NCBI GenBank assembly: GCA_946965045.2
Contig: OX337236.1
Span: forward strand, 868,001-932,000
Length of the DNA: 64,000 nucleotides
Reading direction: 5' to 3'
Origin: Epithemia pelagica
Taxonomy: Eukaryota > Protista > Bacillariophyta
The notes beneath the pieces were generated by a model. That model was not told the origin of the DNA. It was given only the letters and a program-made list of their open reading frames with translations, and did no database searches. Every line of letters starts with the position of its first letter. Position 1 is the stretch's first letter. This document shows, piece after piece, positions 1 to 12,642 of this stretch. Both the position numbers and the translations under genes were made by a program.

Positions 1-1174
1 GCGATTCTTCTTCGGCTACCGTCATGGGAATGGCGGCTGGGTATGGAATGCCCGTGTATCGGCAATTTGTGGGTTCCCTGCGAAAGTCTGGTTTCAAAGG
101 CAACATTATTCTGGGTTTGGCACCCTCCGTGTCGCCAACGATTGTACAGTTTCTCCAGTCGAGAAACGTGACCACCAAAATACTCCAATACACCAAATGT
201 TCCTACAAAAAGAGTAACAACGAAAAGGGGGATCCCTTTACGGGGAAACAGTGTGCCGATCCGTATCCGGATATCAAAACGAGATGGAGCCGGTTCCCAC
301 TCCAACGCGATTGGCTCCTCGAATGCCAGACTTGTACCGGTCCTGTTTTGACGGTCGATGTCAGGGACACATTTTTTCAAAGGGACCCCTTTGGTCCAGG
401 CTCACCGCCCATTACGGGCCTTCAGGTCTTTCAAGAGCACCCCAGTCAGAGGTACGTTACAGTGTGTTTGGAGGAGGATGGAACACGGGACGACGGGATG
501 TGAAGCTCACACAGAACATCGATTCCTGAAACTTGGCACAGAACAACGCACTGGATCACAAACTGGCCCATTCGGGAATGCAAGGGTCTCAAATTCGATG
601 AACCAATGTTGTGCTCGGGTTCCACGATTGGGACAAGGGCTGCCATGCTCCGATATTTAGAAGCCATGTACGCCGAAATGAAGGAATGGATTGCCCAGTC
701 CAAGTGTAGATTCGGTATCCATGGAGATGATCAGAGCATCCACAACTATCTTTTCTACACGGGACAGTTACCATTTGCCACGCCCATTCCGAATCGAGTT
801 GGTATCGTCAACACACCGGGAGTGGAAGGCAGCATTTTACACACAAAATGGACCAATGAAGGCAAGGCCAAGGGCCTGGACCAGGGAGTTGCGGCGAAGA
901 AGCCTTTTCCGGGTGCCAACTCAAAGACCTGGATTAGTACCTCTTACAATTTGACGGATGAAGATGGTTTCTTCACCCAGTATGATGGCAGTCGGTCTCG
1001 CGTGGTCCATCAAGCGGATAGATTGGGATGTAAGTGTATGCGCTCGTTTGGTGCTCTGTGGATTGGTTGGATGCTCACACTTGATTTGATCAACGCGTAG
1101 ACTACTTCTGGCATATCTGGCTTCCAAAACAAGAATGGGCCAACGATCGAGAACCAGCAAAACGATTGAATTAA
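1..1174 (+). CDS. 5'-truncated glycosyltransferase-like (GT-A fold) protein; exons <3-451, 542-1029, 1101-1174
   Basis: ORFs 24-503 and 606-1100 join in frame through a GTACGT..CACAG intron (452-541). A second intron GTAAGT..CGTAG (1030-1100) leads to a TAA at 1172-1174. The protein has a DxD-like motif (VDVRD), a DDQSIHNY motif and a C-terminal HQADR, as in nucleotide-diphospho-sugar transferase-like proteins. The frame stays open to the window start. Confidence 0.7.
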
Positions 1175-1433
1175 GTCAGTAGATGTCCCAGTGAACTCTA
1201 ACCGCAATCCAAGCGGATTCATTGCACGGAATATGGAGTTAAACAGATTTTAGCATTCCTGGGATGTTGCAGTGTTTTGACCACGGCTCTTTTGGAGTGT
1301 CTAGCTAGCTATGCTCGTAGGATGATGGAGGAACTATGGATGACTAGCTAGGGGGCCTAAAATGAGTTGGAGCAGGTAGTTTTTGCGATGACAACAATCA
1401 TCGCCCATAAAAAAATAAAACAGCGTGGACCAA

Positions 1434-1907
1434 ATGATGGAAACAACAAACCAAGACGCAAACGAAATCCAAATGGAGGACATGGATGATAGCCACACGA
1501 GGGGATCAGAAGAAGAGTATGACCCCTTATTCATGACTCAACTGCCAAGGAATTTTGAGGAGAATCGGCACTTGGCCGCTTTGGCGAGCTTGCTAAATGA
1601 CGAGCCCACTGAATCGGTCGATGAGGACAATGAGAAGCTGAGCAACGAACCGAACATGACAACAAGTCCGATTTCCGATCTTAAACCCAGTCATTTGGCG
1701 TTGAGAAAAATGAAATCATCATCACACAGAGCTGGAGGAGGAAAAGTGGCACGAAACCGCCGCGTTCGTCCTGGGAGCAACGCCCGGTATGAGCCGTACT
1801 CCAAAGGGAGATCTTCCTCAAAATCGAAGGACCGAACGACAAGGTCCTCTTCGGCTTCCGTCGGAGAAGCTCAGTTATTCTTGAAATTGTGGAATTTGAA
1901 TGAATGA
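1434..1907 (+). CDS. hypothetical low-complexity acidic/basic protein
   Basis: Open frame of ~157 codons from the ATG at 1434, with an acidic N-half and an Arg/Ser/Lys-rich C-half. No recognisable domain. Confidence 0.3.
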   Translation: MMETTNQDANEIQMEDMDDSHTRGSEEEYDPLFMTQLPRNFEENRHLAALASLLNDEPTESVDEDNEKLSNEPNMTTSPISDLKPSHLALRKMKSSSHRAGGGKVARNRRVRPGSNARYEPYSKGRSSSKSKDRTTRSSSASVGEAQLFLKLWNLNE

Positions 1908-2316
1908 AACTGCGATTCTTGACGTTGTTTGGGTGGTCAATGTTTGTTGCGGAAACACTCCGGTCTTGAGAGTCAAGGTCGAGAGTCTCTCCTCTGTTTC
2001 TTGTATGATTCGTCGTAACCTGGTATGCGATGGGAACAGCAATTGAGTTGATTGTCTCTATAATTCTCAAGCGAGTTTCTTGTTGCTTGATGGAGAATGG
2101 AAAAGTGCTGTACTCCTCAAACAATAGTGCGCTTGCCGTCCTTAGTATCCCACCACCGATATGGCCGCATCAGAATGAAGCTTCACTGTGTGAAGAAAGA
2201 CGCTCTCGTTTGTCTCCAAGAAGGAGGGAGTGAACTCAAGAAAACTAGAGAATGTTCATCTCATGATTTGAAACAAAGTTTAACAGAATGCTATTGATAA
2301 AAAGTCTTGTGTGTCA

Positions 2317-4912
2317 TTATACGGCTACTTCTTTGTTGGACCAGTAACCTGCGTCCGGGTACATGGGAACGACTTGTGGAACCTTGTAAGCGGCCCCATC
2401 CAGCCACGAATAGTTTTCGGAGCGGTTGGCTTCAAAGCTGGCAATCTTGTCCACCTTTTCCAGAGTCAAACCAATCTTATCCAAACCATTCACCAAGCAG
2501 TGTTTACGAAAGGCATCAATTTCAAAGGAAAATTCTTCTCCATTGGGACGAATCACCTTTTGTTCCAGCAGATTCACTGTGAGTTTGGTACCCGGCGTGG
2601 CGGCATCTTCCAACAAGGCTTCGACTTGACTGCGTTCCAACGTCACGGGAAGCATGCCGTTGTTGAAGCAATTGTTGTAAAAGATATCGGCAAAGGATGT
2701 ACTAATGATGCACCGAATTCCCATATCATTAATGGACCAAGGGGCGTGTTCGCGGCTGGAACCACATCCAAAATTGTCTCCCGCAATCAGAATTTTTGTG
2801 GCACCATCCTTGTATCCATCTTGATTCAAGACAAAGTCACTGCGTGGCTTGGCTACGTCTTGTCCAATGGTGGCAACCTCTTCGGGATTCTCGTATCGCA
2901 ATTCTGCAAAGCCGGCAAAGCCCAATCCTGCGCGCTTAATGGTCTTGAGGAATTCTTTGGGAATGATCATGTCCGTATCAATGTTTTGAATGTCCAAGGG
3001 AGCTGCCACTCCGGTGAGAACATCAAATTTGGGGAGTCCCGAAGCTTCCGACGACGAGGAGGCATCCTCATCCGCCGACGATTCCATTAGTTGCTTGAGG
3101 TAGGGTGGTTCCGGAGAAACAATGGGTCCGGGATTGTCCAGCACTTGCGTCGAAAAGACTCGCGATTGAAAGAGGTGATCGTTCATATCTTTGGCATTTC
3201 GGGGATCGGCCGAAGGATCACCGAGAAAGGGGAACTTTCGGACATCGGCAATGGCTCCATCCACCGCTGCAGCCGCCGCCATGGCCGGGGACATTAAATG
3301 CGTGCGACCGCCATTTCCCTGCCGTCCTTCAAAGTTGCGATTCGAGGTGGATGCGCATCGTTCTTGAGGCTTGAGTTTGTCCGGGTTCATGGCCAAACAC
3401 ATGCTGCACCCAGGTTCACGCCAATCAAATCCAGCTTCCATCAAAATCTTGTCCAAGCCTTCGTCTTCGGCCTGTTTCTTGACCAAGCCGGACCCAGGAA
3501 CAACCATGGCATCCACATGATCCTTGACTTTGCGTCCCATGGCAATTGCGGCCACTTCACGGAAATCTTCAATCCGGCCATTGGTACAGGATCCAATAAA
3601 TACTTTATCCACGGGGACACCTTCCAGTTTCTGTCCCTCCTCCAAACCAATATATTCGAGGGACCGTTTCATGGCGGCTTGTCGAGCCGGTTCCTTGCCT
3701 TCCAAAAGGGGGACTGTCCCAGTGACGGGGGCGACATCTTGCGGACTGGTCCCCCATGTCACGGTGGGGGCAATATCCTTGGCATCAATCACAACCGTCT
3801 TGTCGTAGACGGCATCGTCGTCCGATACCAGTGACTTCCAATATTCCACAGCCTTGTCCCATTCATTGGTGCTGGGCGACATGGGACGACCCTTGAGATA
3901 GTCAAAGGTGATTTCATCGGGAGCAATGAGACCGGCCCGAGCCCCCGCCTCAATGGCCATGTTGGAGATGGACATGCGGGCCTCCATACTCAAGGATTGA
4001 ATGGCGGTTCCTCCAAATTCAATCGTGTAACCAGTTCCGCCACCTGTACCAATCTCACCAATAATGTGCAAAACGATATCTTTGGAGGTGACACCTGGTT
4101 CCAATTGGCCATCCACTCGAACCAACATGTTCTTGGTTTTCGTTTGAGGGAGTGTCTGAACCACAAAGACACGTCAGAATGAAGCATGGCGTAGGTAGAA
4201 AGATTCAGTGCCAAGAAAATTTTGGTGAGATATGGTATCGAGGATTTTGCATTGGTTGACAGTTCCAACGTCTCGCAGACATTACAAGTTGTATACTCGA
4301 CCAGCTTACCTGCGTCGCAAGGACATGTTCGACTTCACTCGTACCAATACCAAAGGCCAAGGCCCCAAAGGCTCCATGTGTGGCCGTATGAGAGTCTCCA
4401 CACACTGTGACGCATCCTGGTATGGTAAAGCCCTGTTCGGGTCCAATAATGTGGACTATTCCCTGTCGTTCATCGGCAAAGGAAAAGTAGGGCATTCCAA
4501 AATCCTGGACATTTTGTTCCAAGGTCAAGACTTGGGTTCGACTGGCGGTTTCTTCAATGAATTTTTCCACATCAATCAATTGTGTCCGATCGGATGTCGG
4601 AACATTGTGATCGACTGTCACCAAGGTGCAATCCGGTCGACGGACACTTCGACGGGCCATGCGCAACCCTTCAAAGGCTTGAGGCGACGTGACTTCGTGG
4701 ACTAAATGCCGATCGACATACAACAAACACGACATGCCATCGTCGTCCACCAAATGATCGTCCCAAATCTTGTCGTACAACGTTCGACCAGCCCCCAGAG
4801 CCGAGTAGTGTGGCCGTCCCAGATTCGTCGACAAGGTCCATGGCGAAAAGGCATGGACCGACGGTAGCAACGACACCGTCACAAGCAAGTGAACCGCGTC
4901 ACTATATCTCAT
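2317..4912 (-). CDS. LEU1: plastid-targeted 3-isopropylmalate dehydratase, fused large and small subunit (LeuC-LeuD); exons 4912-4310 and 4155-2317 (813 aa)
   Basis: Aconitase-family motifs [51 protein letters not shown] and [12 protein letters not shown], followed by LeuD motifs [10 protein letters not shown] and [13 protein letters not shown]. The intron 4309-4156 (GTAAGC..TTCAG) joins LATQ to TLPQ in frame. The N-terminus [22 protein letters not shown] is a signal peptide followed by Phe. Confidence 0.95.
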
Positions 4913-5197
4913 CTTTCCTGACTTATAATAGAGTATTTCTCTTTCCTTTCGGTTCTGCTCCGATGATCGATTCTGATCCCCGATTCTCGCAACCAACCTT
5001 GAACTTGCAGCACGTTTGATATTGGCGCAAGAAATGAAATGAAGGGACGACACGCACATCCAAAGATGTGGGTGATGGATACCCTGTCTGTCCTTCGACC
5101 GAAAGAACACTTTCAAAGTACTGACCACGCAAATCTTAGTTGCGCCGACGACGTCGACCGCGAAAAAGATCTTTGGAGAAAATGGTATCTTTGATAT

Positions 5198-6619
5198 ATG
5201 GTATCATTTCTGCTCATTTTTTCGGCGCACCGGCTGTTGGGGTTGTTCTGCTGCTCGTCCACCAGAACGACGGCAATGCTCCTTTCCATGAAAACGAGGA
5301 ATAGTAGTGTCTGGTCCAACCGATTGCTTCCTCGTCTTTCATCTCGCCGTAGTACCGTCTGCTGCTGGGCCTTGTTGAGTTCGCTCTGCTATCTGGCACC
5401 GGTTCGTTCGTTTGGTGGTCTGGCAAGGACACCCGTGCAACGACAACAACAACAACAACTGCGATCCTTGGGTGTTGGTACGTTGACAACGACAACTGCA
5501 TCGAAACCATTTCCTGCTCAAGGACAGCGGATCATGTCATCCTCCTTGTCGGCAAACAATGATTTTGGTGCGAGCGCGGTTGCATCCGAGGCACGACACG
5601 CCAACTTGTTTCGACAAACACCCCTCTTGTATTCTCCGTCCTTGTCGGAAAAATGCCAAAACCGTGTCTACCTCAAATTGGACTTTCTCCAAGCCTCGGG
5701 CTCGTTCAAAGATCGTGGCATGGCTCACTTGTGTTGGACCTTGCGGCATACCAAGGGCTGTCAAAAATTGATTTGTTCGTCGGGTGGCAATGCCGGCTTG
5801 GCCGTGGCCACGGTGGGCCAACAATTGGGCATGCAAGTTCAAGTGGTCATTCCTACCACGACCAAGGCCTTGGTGATTGCCAAATTGCAATCCCTGGGCG
5901 CGCAAGTAACGATTCATGGTGAAAATTGGAATGCCGCCGATGCCTTGGCCCGTCAATGGGTGAAACAAGATCCCGAAGCCTCGTATATATCACCCTATGA
6001 CAATCCCCTCTTGTGGACCGGTCATTCCACCTTGGTGGACGAAATTGTCCACGATTTGCAACACCTCAGTCCTCCTGTTCCCACGATTGGAACCTTGATT
6101 CTGAGTGTGGGTGGAGGTGGCTTGTTGTGCGGCGCCTTGGAAGGCTTGGAACGCCATTACCAAAACGATCCGACCAAGAGTTCCACACCAACAACCGTCG
6201 TGGTGGCAGCCGAAACGGAGGGTGCCAGTAGTTTTGGTCAGGCCTGGCAGGCGGGTAAACTGGTCCGCTTGTCCTCGATTGACAGTGTGGCCACCAGTTT
6301 GGGCGCCTTGGAGGTGACACCCGTGGCACTGGAACGAGCCTCGTCGACGACGGGAGCTGCCACGGTGCAATCGGCCTTGTGTACCGATGTCGAAGCCGTA
6401 CAGGCCTGTTGGCAATTTGCCCAAGATCATCGCATCTTGGTCGAACCAGCCTGTGGTGCAGCCCTCGCAGTGGCCTATTCCGAACGCTTGCGGAACCAAT
6501 ACTTGTCGTCGTCGTCCACTACGAAGGAAGCAGGACCCATTGTCATTGAGGTATGCGGTGGATCGGGAGTGAATGTGGAACTCTTGTCGCAATGGAAACA
6601 AGAGTTTGGCGTGGAGTAG
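5198..6619 (+). CDS. PLP-dependent L-serine/L-threonine dehydratase (fold type II), probably organelle-targeted; start uncertain (5198 or 5276)
   Basis: [27 protein letters not shown] (PLP lysine), [17 protein letters not shown] and [10 protein letters not shown]. The N-terminal extension is Ser/Arg-rich. Confidence 0.9.
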   Translation: MVSFLLIFSAHRLLGLFCCSSTRTTAMLLSMKTRNSSVWSNRLLPRLSSRRSTVCCWALLSSLCYLAPVRSFGGLARTPVQRQQQQQLRSLGVGTLTTTTASKPFPAQGQRIMSSSLSANNDFGASAVASEARHANLFRQTPLLYSPSLSEKCQNRVYLKLDFLQASGSFKDRGMAHLCWTLRHTKGCQKLICSSGGNAGLAVATVGQQLGMQVQVVIPTTTKALVIAKLQSLGAQVTIHGENWNAADALARQWVKQDPEASYISPYDNPLLWTGHSTLVDEIVHDLQHLSPPVPTIGTLILSVGGGGLLCGALEGLERHYQNDPTKSSTPTTVVVAAETEGASSFGQAWQAGKLVRLSSIDSVATSLGALEVTPVALERASSTTGAATVQSALCTDVEAVQACWQFAQDHRILVEPACGAALAVAYSERLRNQYLSSSSTTKEAGPIVIEVCGGSGVNVELLSQWKQEFGVE

Positions 6620-7490
6620 CGCGTCAAAACTCAATACTACACACAAGACTGTCCTAAACTTGTGGAGAGAGTAAACATCCCGATTAGAAATGGTCCTAAT
6701 TATAACATGAAAAACAAAACTCAACCATACTAGAGAACGATAGTAACATATTCTTGTTTTTAGACTGGAGTGACTTCACAAACTACCGGCAAATGGTTCC
6801 AAACAAGGCTCACAAACGATTGAATGCACAGCATCCCCGAACCGGTTGGCTCTTGAGGCAAAAGTCAAAACAGTCAGTCCTTGCGGGCCTAATGTCAACG
6901 GGGGAACTCGCATGGTTGTGGGTTCATGGTTCATGGTCCTCCGCTTTCCGCTTTGAAAATCGCAAATAATGAGGAGAGTCGCAGAAAAAAGGGGTGAGAT
7001 GTGAGATCTATTCTTCACGCACGTCGCAATGAGGAGAGTCGCAGAACCCGGAAACGGCTGGTGTATGTGGTCGCGCGAACAGCTAAAATGATAGCGGCAC
7101 TCAGATGCTACGAGTACATTTATTGGTGAACGGAATACGACAAGGAAGTGGGAATGAATTGTTTTGAAAAAGCCTGAAGGGCGAAACGATTCTAAACGTA
7201 CATGCGTCTACCTTCGAAGAACGACGATGCGAAAAGCGTGCGCGCCACAATAAGCAATCGAAAAGGCCTTAATTGCCTTGGTCAAATTGTTGCATGGGTG
7301 TTATCCAAGTGGAATCTTTGGACGACACTATCTTGTGAGGACGTTTTTGATAGATTAGCGCCATTGATCGGCTTCTTTTGGTTTGTGAATCGTGGTGGTG
7401 CTCGACGAAACGGATCGAATCCACGACCACACAAGAAAGAGACGTGCCACTTTGGTGGTTGAGTAACAACACCACAAACCACAACAAGCC

Positions 7491-8837
7491 ATGAATAACT
7501 CAACCAAACAACGGCAGGGAGGTATCCCTTCTGTTTTCGAACATGATGACGACCACCATGACGACAGCCATCGGAGTGAGGACAGTTTTGAGGTACATCC
7601 TCTGGTGGAACAAACAATTGCTGAGGGCAAGAAACGCAGACTTTCGCGCCATTCGTTTTGCTTGACTGGTGACATTGTCATCGATACAAAAGATGTCCTT
7701 GCGGTCTTGAACTATGTGGATACAACACCGTTCATTGCACGACTTGTTTTCGTGCAAACCATGTTCACCATGGAGTCCATGAATCTCTTTGCGCGGTACC
7801 TCGAGAGCCCTCAAACCACCAGAATTCGGAAGTTCATTTTCTCCAGTGTTCTATTGAGAGACGATATTGTCTCACGCTTATTTCAGGGCATTTCCAAAAA
7901 TCGATCCCTGCAAGAATTAGTCTTTCATGATTGTTGTTTCGATTTGGATGCCAAGATAGGCCGTGAACTTTCGACCAACTTGCCACAAAACCCGAAACTG
8001 CGATCGCTCAACTTGACCTCCAATGGATCAACCGACATGGGTTTGTTTCACATAACAAACGCACTGCGGAACATTACGGAGCTCAACCTCAGTGACTGTG
8101 AACTGAACTGTGGAAAGGCCTTGTTGCTGTTTCATGGACTTTGGCTGACGAAAAACTCGTTGAGGTCATTGGATCTATCCAACAATGACATTCGAGCCTT
8201 GGGCCTGAGGGTAATTGCCAAATTTCTTGCTAATCTTGGTACTTTTGATACACATAACAACGGAGAACTTGATTCTCTTTCGCTTGCAGGCAACACGAGA
8301 TTGTTCAACAATGCTTCTGAGGAAACGGACAAGCTAGCTCAGTCACTCTGTGTGAATCGATCATTGAAGCGACTAATACTGGAACGATGTGGGTTGGTCG
8401 GCCAAACGGTGTCATTGATCCTTGGTGCACTTTCGACAAATCAAGCATTGGAAGAGTTAAATATTCAGATCAACAGTGGAATTGGGATCTCCGGTTATGA
8501 GTGCATGGTGGACAGCATCCCTCGTTTTCGAGCTTTGAGATCTCTTTCGTTTGATGCCTTGCATCCGCAAATGGACCAACAACTGCTAGCTGCCCTCGAG
8601 AAAAACACCTCTCTTACCAAACTGATGCCTCATTACGGCCTCGATCAACATGTGCAGAAGCGAGTCAACACGATTCTTCGGCGGAATCGTTTGTGTCAAA
8701 TGGCCGCCTTGTCTTCCACTGATAGCTCCAATCGATTGGTGCGAGGTCTCACGGCAATCTGCCTGCGAAGATTAGGTGTGGAACTTGATTCATCGGCTGC
8801 AGCTTCGGCTATTTTCTCCCTGTTACGATGTTCTTAA
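7491..8837 (+). CDS. RNI-like leucine-rich repeat protein (448 aa)
   Basis: Repeated LxxLxLxxN/C units: LRSLNLTSN, ITELNLSDC, LRSLDLSNN, LDSLSLAGN, LKRLILERC, LEELNIQIN. Confidence 0.85.
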   Translation: MNNSTKQRQGGIPSVFEHDDDHHDDSHRSEDSFEVHPLVEQTIAEGKKRRLSRHSFCLTGDIVIDTKDVLAVLNYVDTTPFIARLVFVQTMFTMESMNLFARYLESPQTTRIRKFIFSSVLLRDDIVSRLFQGISKNRSLQELVFHDCCFDLDAKIGRELSTNLPQNPKLRSLNLTSNGSTDMGLFHITNALRNITELNLSDCELNCGKALLLFHGLWLTKNSLRSLDLSNNDIRALGLRVIAKFLANLGTFDTHNNGELDSLSLAGNTRLFNNASEETDKLAQSLCVNRSLKRLILERCGLVGQTVSLILGALSTNQALEELNIQINSGIGISGYECMVDSIPRFRALRSLSFDALHPQMDQQLLAALEKNTSLTKLMPHYGLDQHVQKRVNTILRRNRLCQMAALSSTDSSNRLVRGLTAICLRRLGVELDSSAAASAIFSLLRCS

Positions 8838-11443
8838 TTGTGGCTACGAGATTCTGGAGACAAATTTTCCTGATCCACCGTGTATCTGTTGGTGATTGCC
8901 CGTAGATCTCCAGCACTTTCATCTCACAGCGAAAATATTACGTGGCCTCATCAATAAGCTTCACCAAATGCCATACTCTGGCTTGATTCACAATCAAGAT
9001 GGTTTGGGTGAATTCTTTGCATTCTGTCGACTGAAAGCTTTGCCGGTTCTGAAAGCACATTAGCAATCCACTCCCTCTCCCTATGTTCCAAAGTTGGCTC
9101 TGATTGAGAGACTCTGTGATTTTTCAATCGGATGATAATTGACTGTGAGGACACCTCCTGTCCTTTCCTCTCATGCTGAAGCAATACGCTGCCACCAAAC
9201 CCATGGCTGGACACCGAAGACCATCCCGAGACATGATCCACAAGAGGTTAGCTTCCCTAAAGTAAGTCGTTAACTGATAGGTCCGCCACTTCTCAATAAT
9301 CCAAACCTGGCAAGAGGTTAAGTAGCCTGGTGGTAAGTTGCTCCTGAGTATACTCAAAACGTTCATGCCCCATCAGATCCTTGACAGCATGGCATAGTTT
9401 GCTAGCTTCCAGTAGGAGACCACATCGAAGGAGTGCTAGAATGGTGTCCACATAAGACTGTAGGTTACCTTCAATATTGTCCAGTGTCAGCTGATCTCGT
9501 AGTTGAATGCTCTTCATGTGCACCTCAGCTTTTCTCATCGATTCTTTATCGTCAGCTTCTCGAAAATTTTTCAACGCTCGCGTCAAATTCTTTAGGCTAT
9601 CCCCTAGATTCGCACTACTCTCAGCTGCAATGGCAAATTTTAGTCCATTCTTCGTCCACTGTTCCATTGTCATCACATTTGCTTCGACGTTGGACAGGTT
9701 TATCGAATCGATTAAACGTGTGTCTTTTTCACGACAAACATACGCCCATTTCTTGAAGGCATCAAAGGCAACGGAATCTCCAGTTTCGGCAAAAATAAGC
9801 CGTTTACAACAACGAGTAACTGCCGTATACAGCTGTTTGAGTTGGGTTTCCAGCTCTGGTGCACAGAATTGGATGTCTGATTTGTAATCTTCCAGGAACA
9901 GCTTTCTCCAAAAGCGTTGGTTTTCATTGGTCAAGTCCTGGAAAAAGTCAACAATCAACACGACATCGAACTCCAAACCTTTGGATTTGCGAATACTAAG
10001 GACAGACGCCGTCTCACCAAACAAACCCTGTAGCTGACTAATCTTAGTGTCATCCATAGAGAGGACGGCCACTCCCTGAAGTTTTTCAACCAGTTCCTTG
10101 AGTTCTTCCCATGACAAATTGGACAGAACGCAAGGTCGTTGGCCTCGAAAGAAACCTTCATCCCGGGGGAGTTCCTTGAACGAACCGGGGAAAGCTGAGA
10201 ACATATTATCCAGGATTCCCGCGGCTAGGTTAAGGACTCCGGCGTGGCTCCGAAAATTGACCTTGAGCATTTTTGGCTTTTCAGGTATCTTTCTGTTTTT
10301 CCCGGAACTGTTGTGGTCGTTCCTGTTGTACAACGTATCTGCCACTATACGAACATCTTCGAACCTGAAATCTATACCCTCTTCAACAGACTGTGCAGGG
10401 TCACCAGCCATAAACAATCCCCCTGGATTGCAAAGAGAGAAAAACAAGGCTATCTCGGCTTGTGTGTAGTCCTGGACTTCGTCCACGTAGAGACGGTTTT
10501 GAAACAGGTTCGAATCTGTGTCGAAATAACGGAGATCTCGTCTTGTCAACACATTCAGGATCCGAGCCACCCTGTTGTTATCGTCCCAAAAGTTGTTTTC
10601 ACGGCAGATCTGTTCGTACCTCTCGAAAATATCGTACGATACTTCACGCTGCTCAAGATTCAAGCGACACTGTCGTGAACCAAGACTCGTGTATTCATCC
10701 CTTGTTAGAGAGCGCCCCTTGCTCACTGCAACAATGGATCCTTTGATAAACGATCTGATTTGAGTCCACGAGACAAGAGCATCCAGCCCATCACTCTCCT
10801 TGTGAACATGTGATTTGAATTTATGGAAATCCATTCGAAGCCTTTCCAAATAGCTGGACCCCACAGTGAGTTCTTCTTCGCATGTTGACAATAGCTTTCT
10901 GTACGTCCAGTAGTCCAAAGACCCACTTTCGTTCTCCAAGCTTTCACCCACAGATTCTTTCACGTACTTGCATATACGTCGTGATCGAGCAACAAAGAGT
11001 TGAGAAAAGGCCAAACTTCCTTCATACTTGTGGCGGTCATTGTGAATGCGCGATGCAATGCAAACGGTTTTTCCTGTTCCGGATCTCCCAAGAACGCAAA
11101 CAGAACCTTCAGACTCAGCAATTTCTTTTTCCTTTGGTGTCATGTACATTGGTGGCCGCCATGTGTTGTGGTTTAAGTTACCCACAAAAGAGGCACCGAC
11201 TTCGTAGAGTTTGAGAGGCAGGTCTGCTTTCGGATCCAGCATTACTTCACCCGTGTCATAATGAAGGTTTTCAACCAGGACATCCGTCACAGGAACTAAC
11301 TGGCGCTTGCTTCGTTTTCCAGCGTCGTCAATCAGACCCATATAGCGAGACACTTTCTTGTGTGCGGCGACGTACCATATGAGAAGTGTTTCATTGGGTC
11401 TCGTCCAAAGAATTCGTTGCCCCGATTTTTGGAGGGGAGTGAA

Positions 11444-11482
11444 ATGACAGACTTTCATGACAGACTTTCATGACAGACTTTC
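11444..11482 (+). repeat. 13-bp unit ATGACAGACTTTC x3 in the left TIR
   Basis: Exact copies at 11444, 11457 and 11470. Confidence 0.95.
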
Positions 11483-12518
11483 GGATAAACTTTCAACTTT
11501 AGAGGGAATTTCGGCCCAACGAGATTCAATCCATACATTTTCCCAAAGTAAAAAACTAAGATGAATTGCCCCTCATCCCTCACATGTACCGACCGATCAA
11601 TGAGATGATCAATCTCAAGATATGCAAACTATCCTCACACACACCATGGCGAGGAGGCTCTAACACAACAGCAATCAACCCGCCTCCTCTACTTGTATGA
11701 ACATGACTAATTGAGTGAGAGCATGTACTAGTTACCTTTGTACATACTTGTATGTGTCATACTCGTAGGCAATCGTTTCGTCCATCCATCCTCGTTCACC
11801 ATCCTGTCTTTTGCCTGCATCGATCCATTTGTCTTTGTCTTTGTTTATTGTTGTTTCACCATCCAGTAAGACACTCCTTCTTCCACTCGAACTGTGTTAT
11901 CGGAAGCAGCCGAATGGTGCTGTTGCCGTGCCGTCGTCGCCGATTGTTTTGCCGTTCGGCAGAAACGAGGAGTTGATTGTTGAGTATGTTGTTCTTGTGG
12001 TTGTAGCCGCATGTTGTTGTTGTCGCTGTCGTTGTTGTAGCCGCATGTTGTTGTTGTCGCTGTCGTTGTCGACGCTTTCTGTCTTGTCGCATGTCGTTGC
12101 TGCAGTCGCCGCATGTCGTTGTTGCTTCTTGTTGTCATTGACGGGCACAGTCTCGTGCACTGGGTTCGGTGACAGCGAGTAGTTGATTGTTGCGTGCGGG
12201 TTGTTTTTGTTGTTGTTGCCGAGTGTTGTCATTGTTCGTTGTTCGTTGGCAGCAAGTAGTTGGTAGGTGATTGTTTGCTGCTCCCTTGGTGTGGTTGGTT
12301 CCATCATTGTTGGGTCCAAACGAGCAGTCTGATTACGGGAAATCAAGACTAAAAGGCAATAGTGTCTCTATCATGTGTAGATATGATGCCATATGTTCGG
12401 AGTTGGTTGGGAACATTTTTTTGTATTGTAAATAAAAGATGCTACAAAAATAAAAAGTTTTCCCGAATGTCTGTCAAAAAGCTACCTGAAACTCCGAATG
12501 TCTGTCAAACAACTACCC

Positions 12519-12642
12519 CGAAAGTCTGTCATTTCACTTTTTCAGGCCTGAATAGCGAAATGACAGACATTCGGGTAAACCGAAAGTCTGTCATTTCACT
12601 TTTTCAGGCCTGAATAGCGAAATGACAGACATTCGGGTAAAC
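12519..12642 (+). repeat. 62-bp tandem duplication made of internal TIR-TIR junctions centred on the palindrome TTCAGGCCTGAA
   Basis: CGAAAGTCTGTCATTTCACTTTTTCAGGCCTGAATAGCGAAATGACAGACATTCGGGTAAAC occurs at 12519 and 12581. Confidence 0.95.

Noticed and set aside
2311-3834. Long plus-strand ORFs (2311-3090, 3298-3834) opposite LEU1
   Set aside because: Antisense shadows of a conserved coding sequence, with no independent motifs.
6968-7046. 19-bp direct repeat AATGAGGAGAGTCGCAGAA at 6968 and 7028
   Set aside because: Only two copies and no associated genes. It is not a CRISPR array and shows no element ends; probably a small local duplication.
7491-11458. LRR gene next to the helicase as a possible immune cluster
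   Set aside because: LRR genes of this type are abundant in diatoms, and adjacency alone is not evidence.
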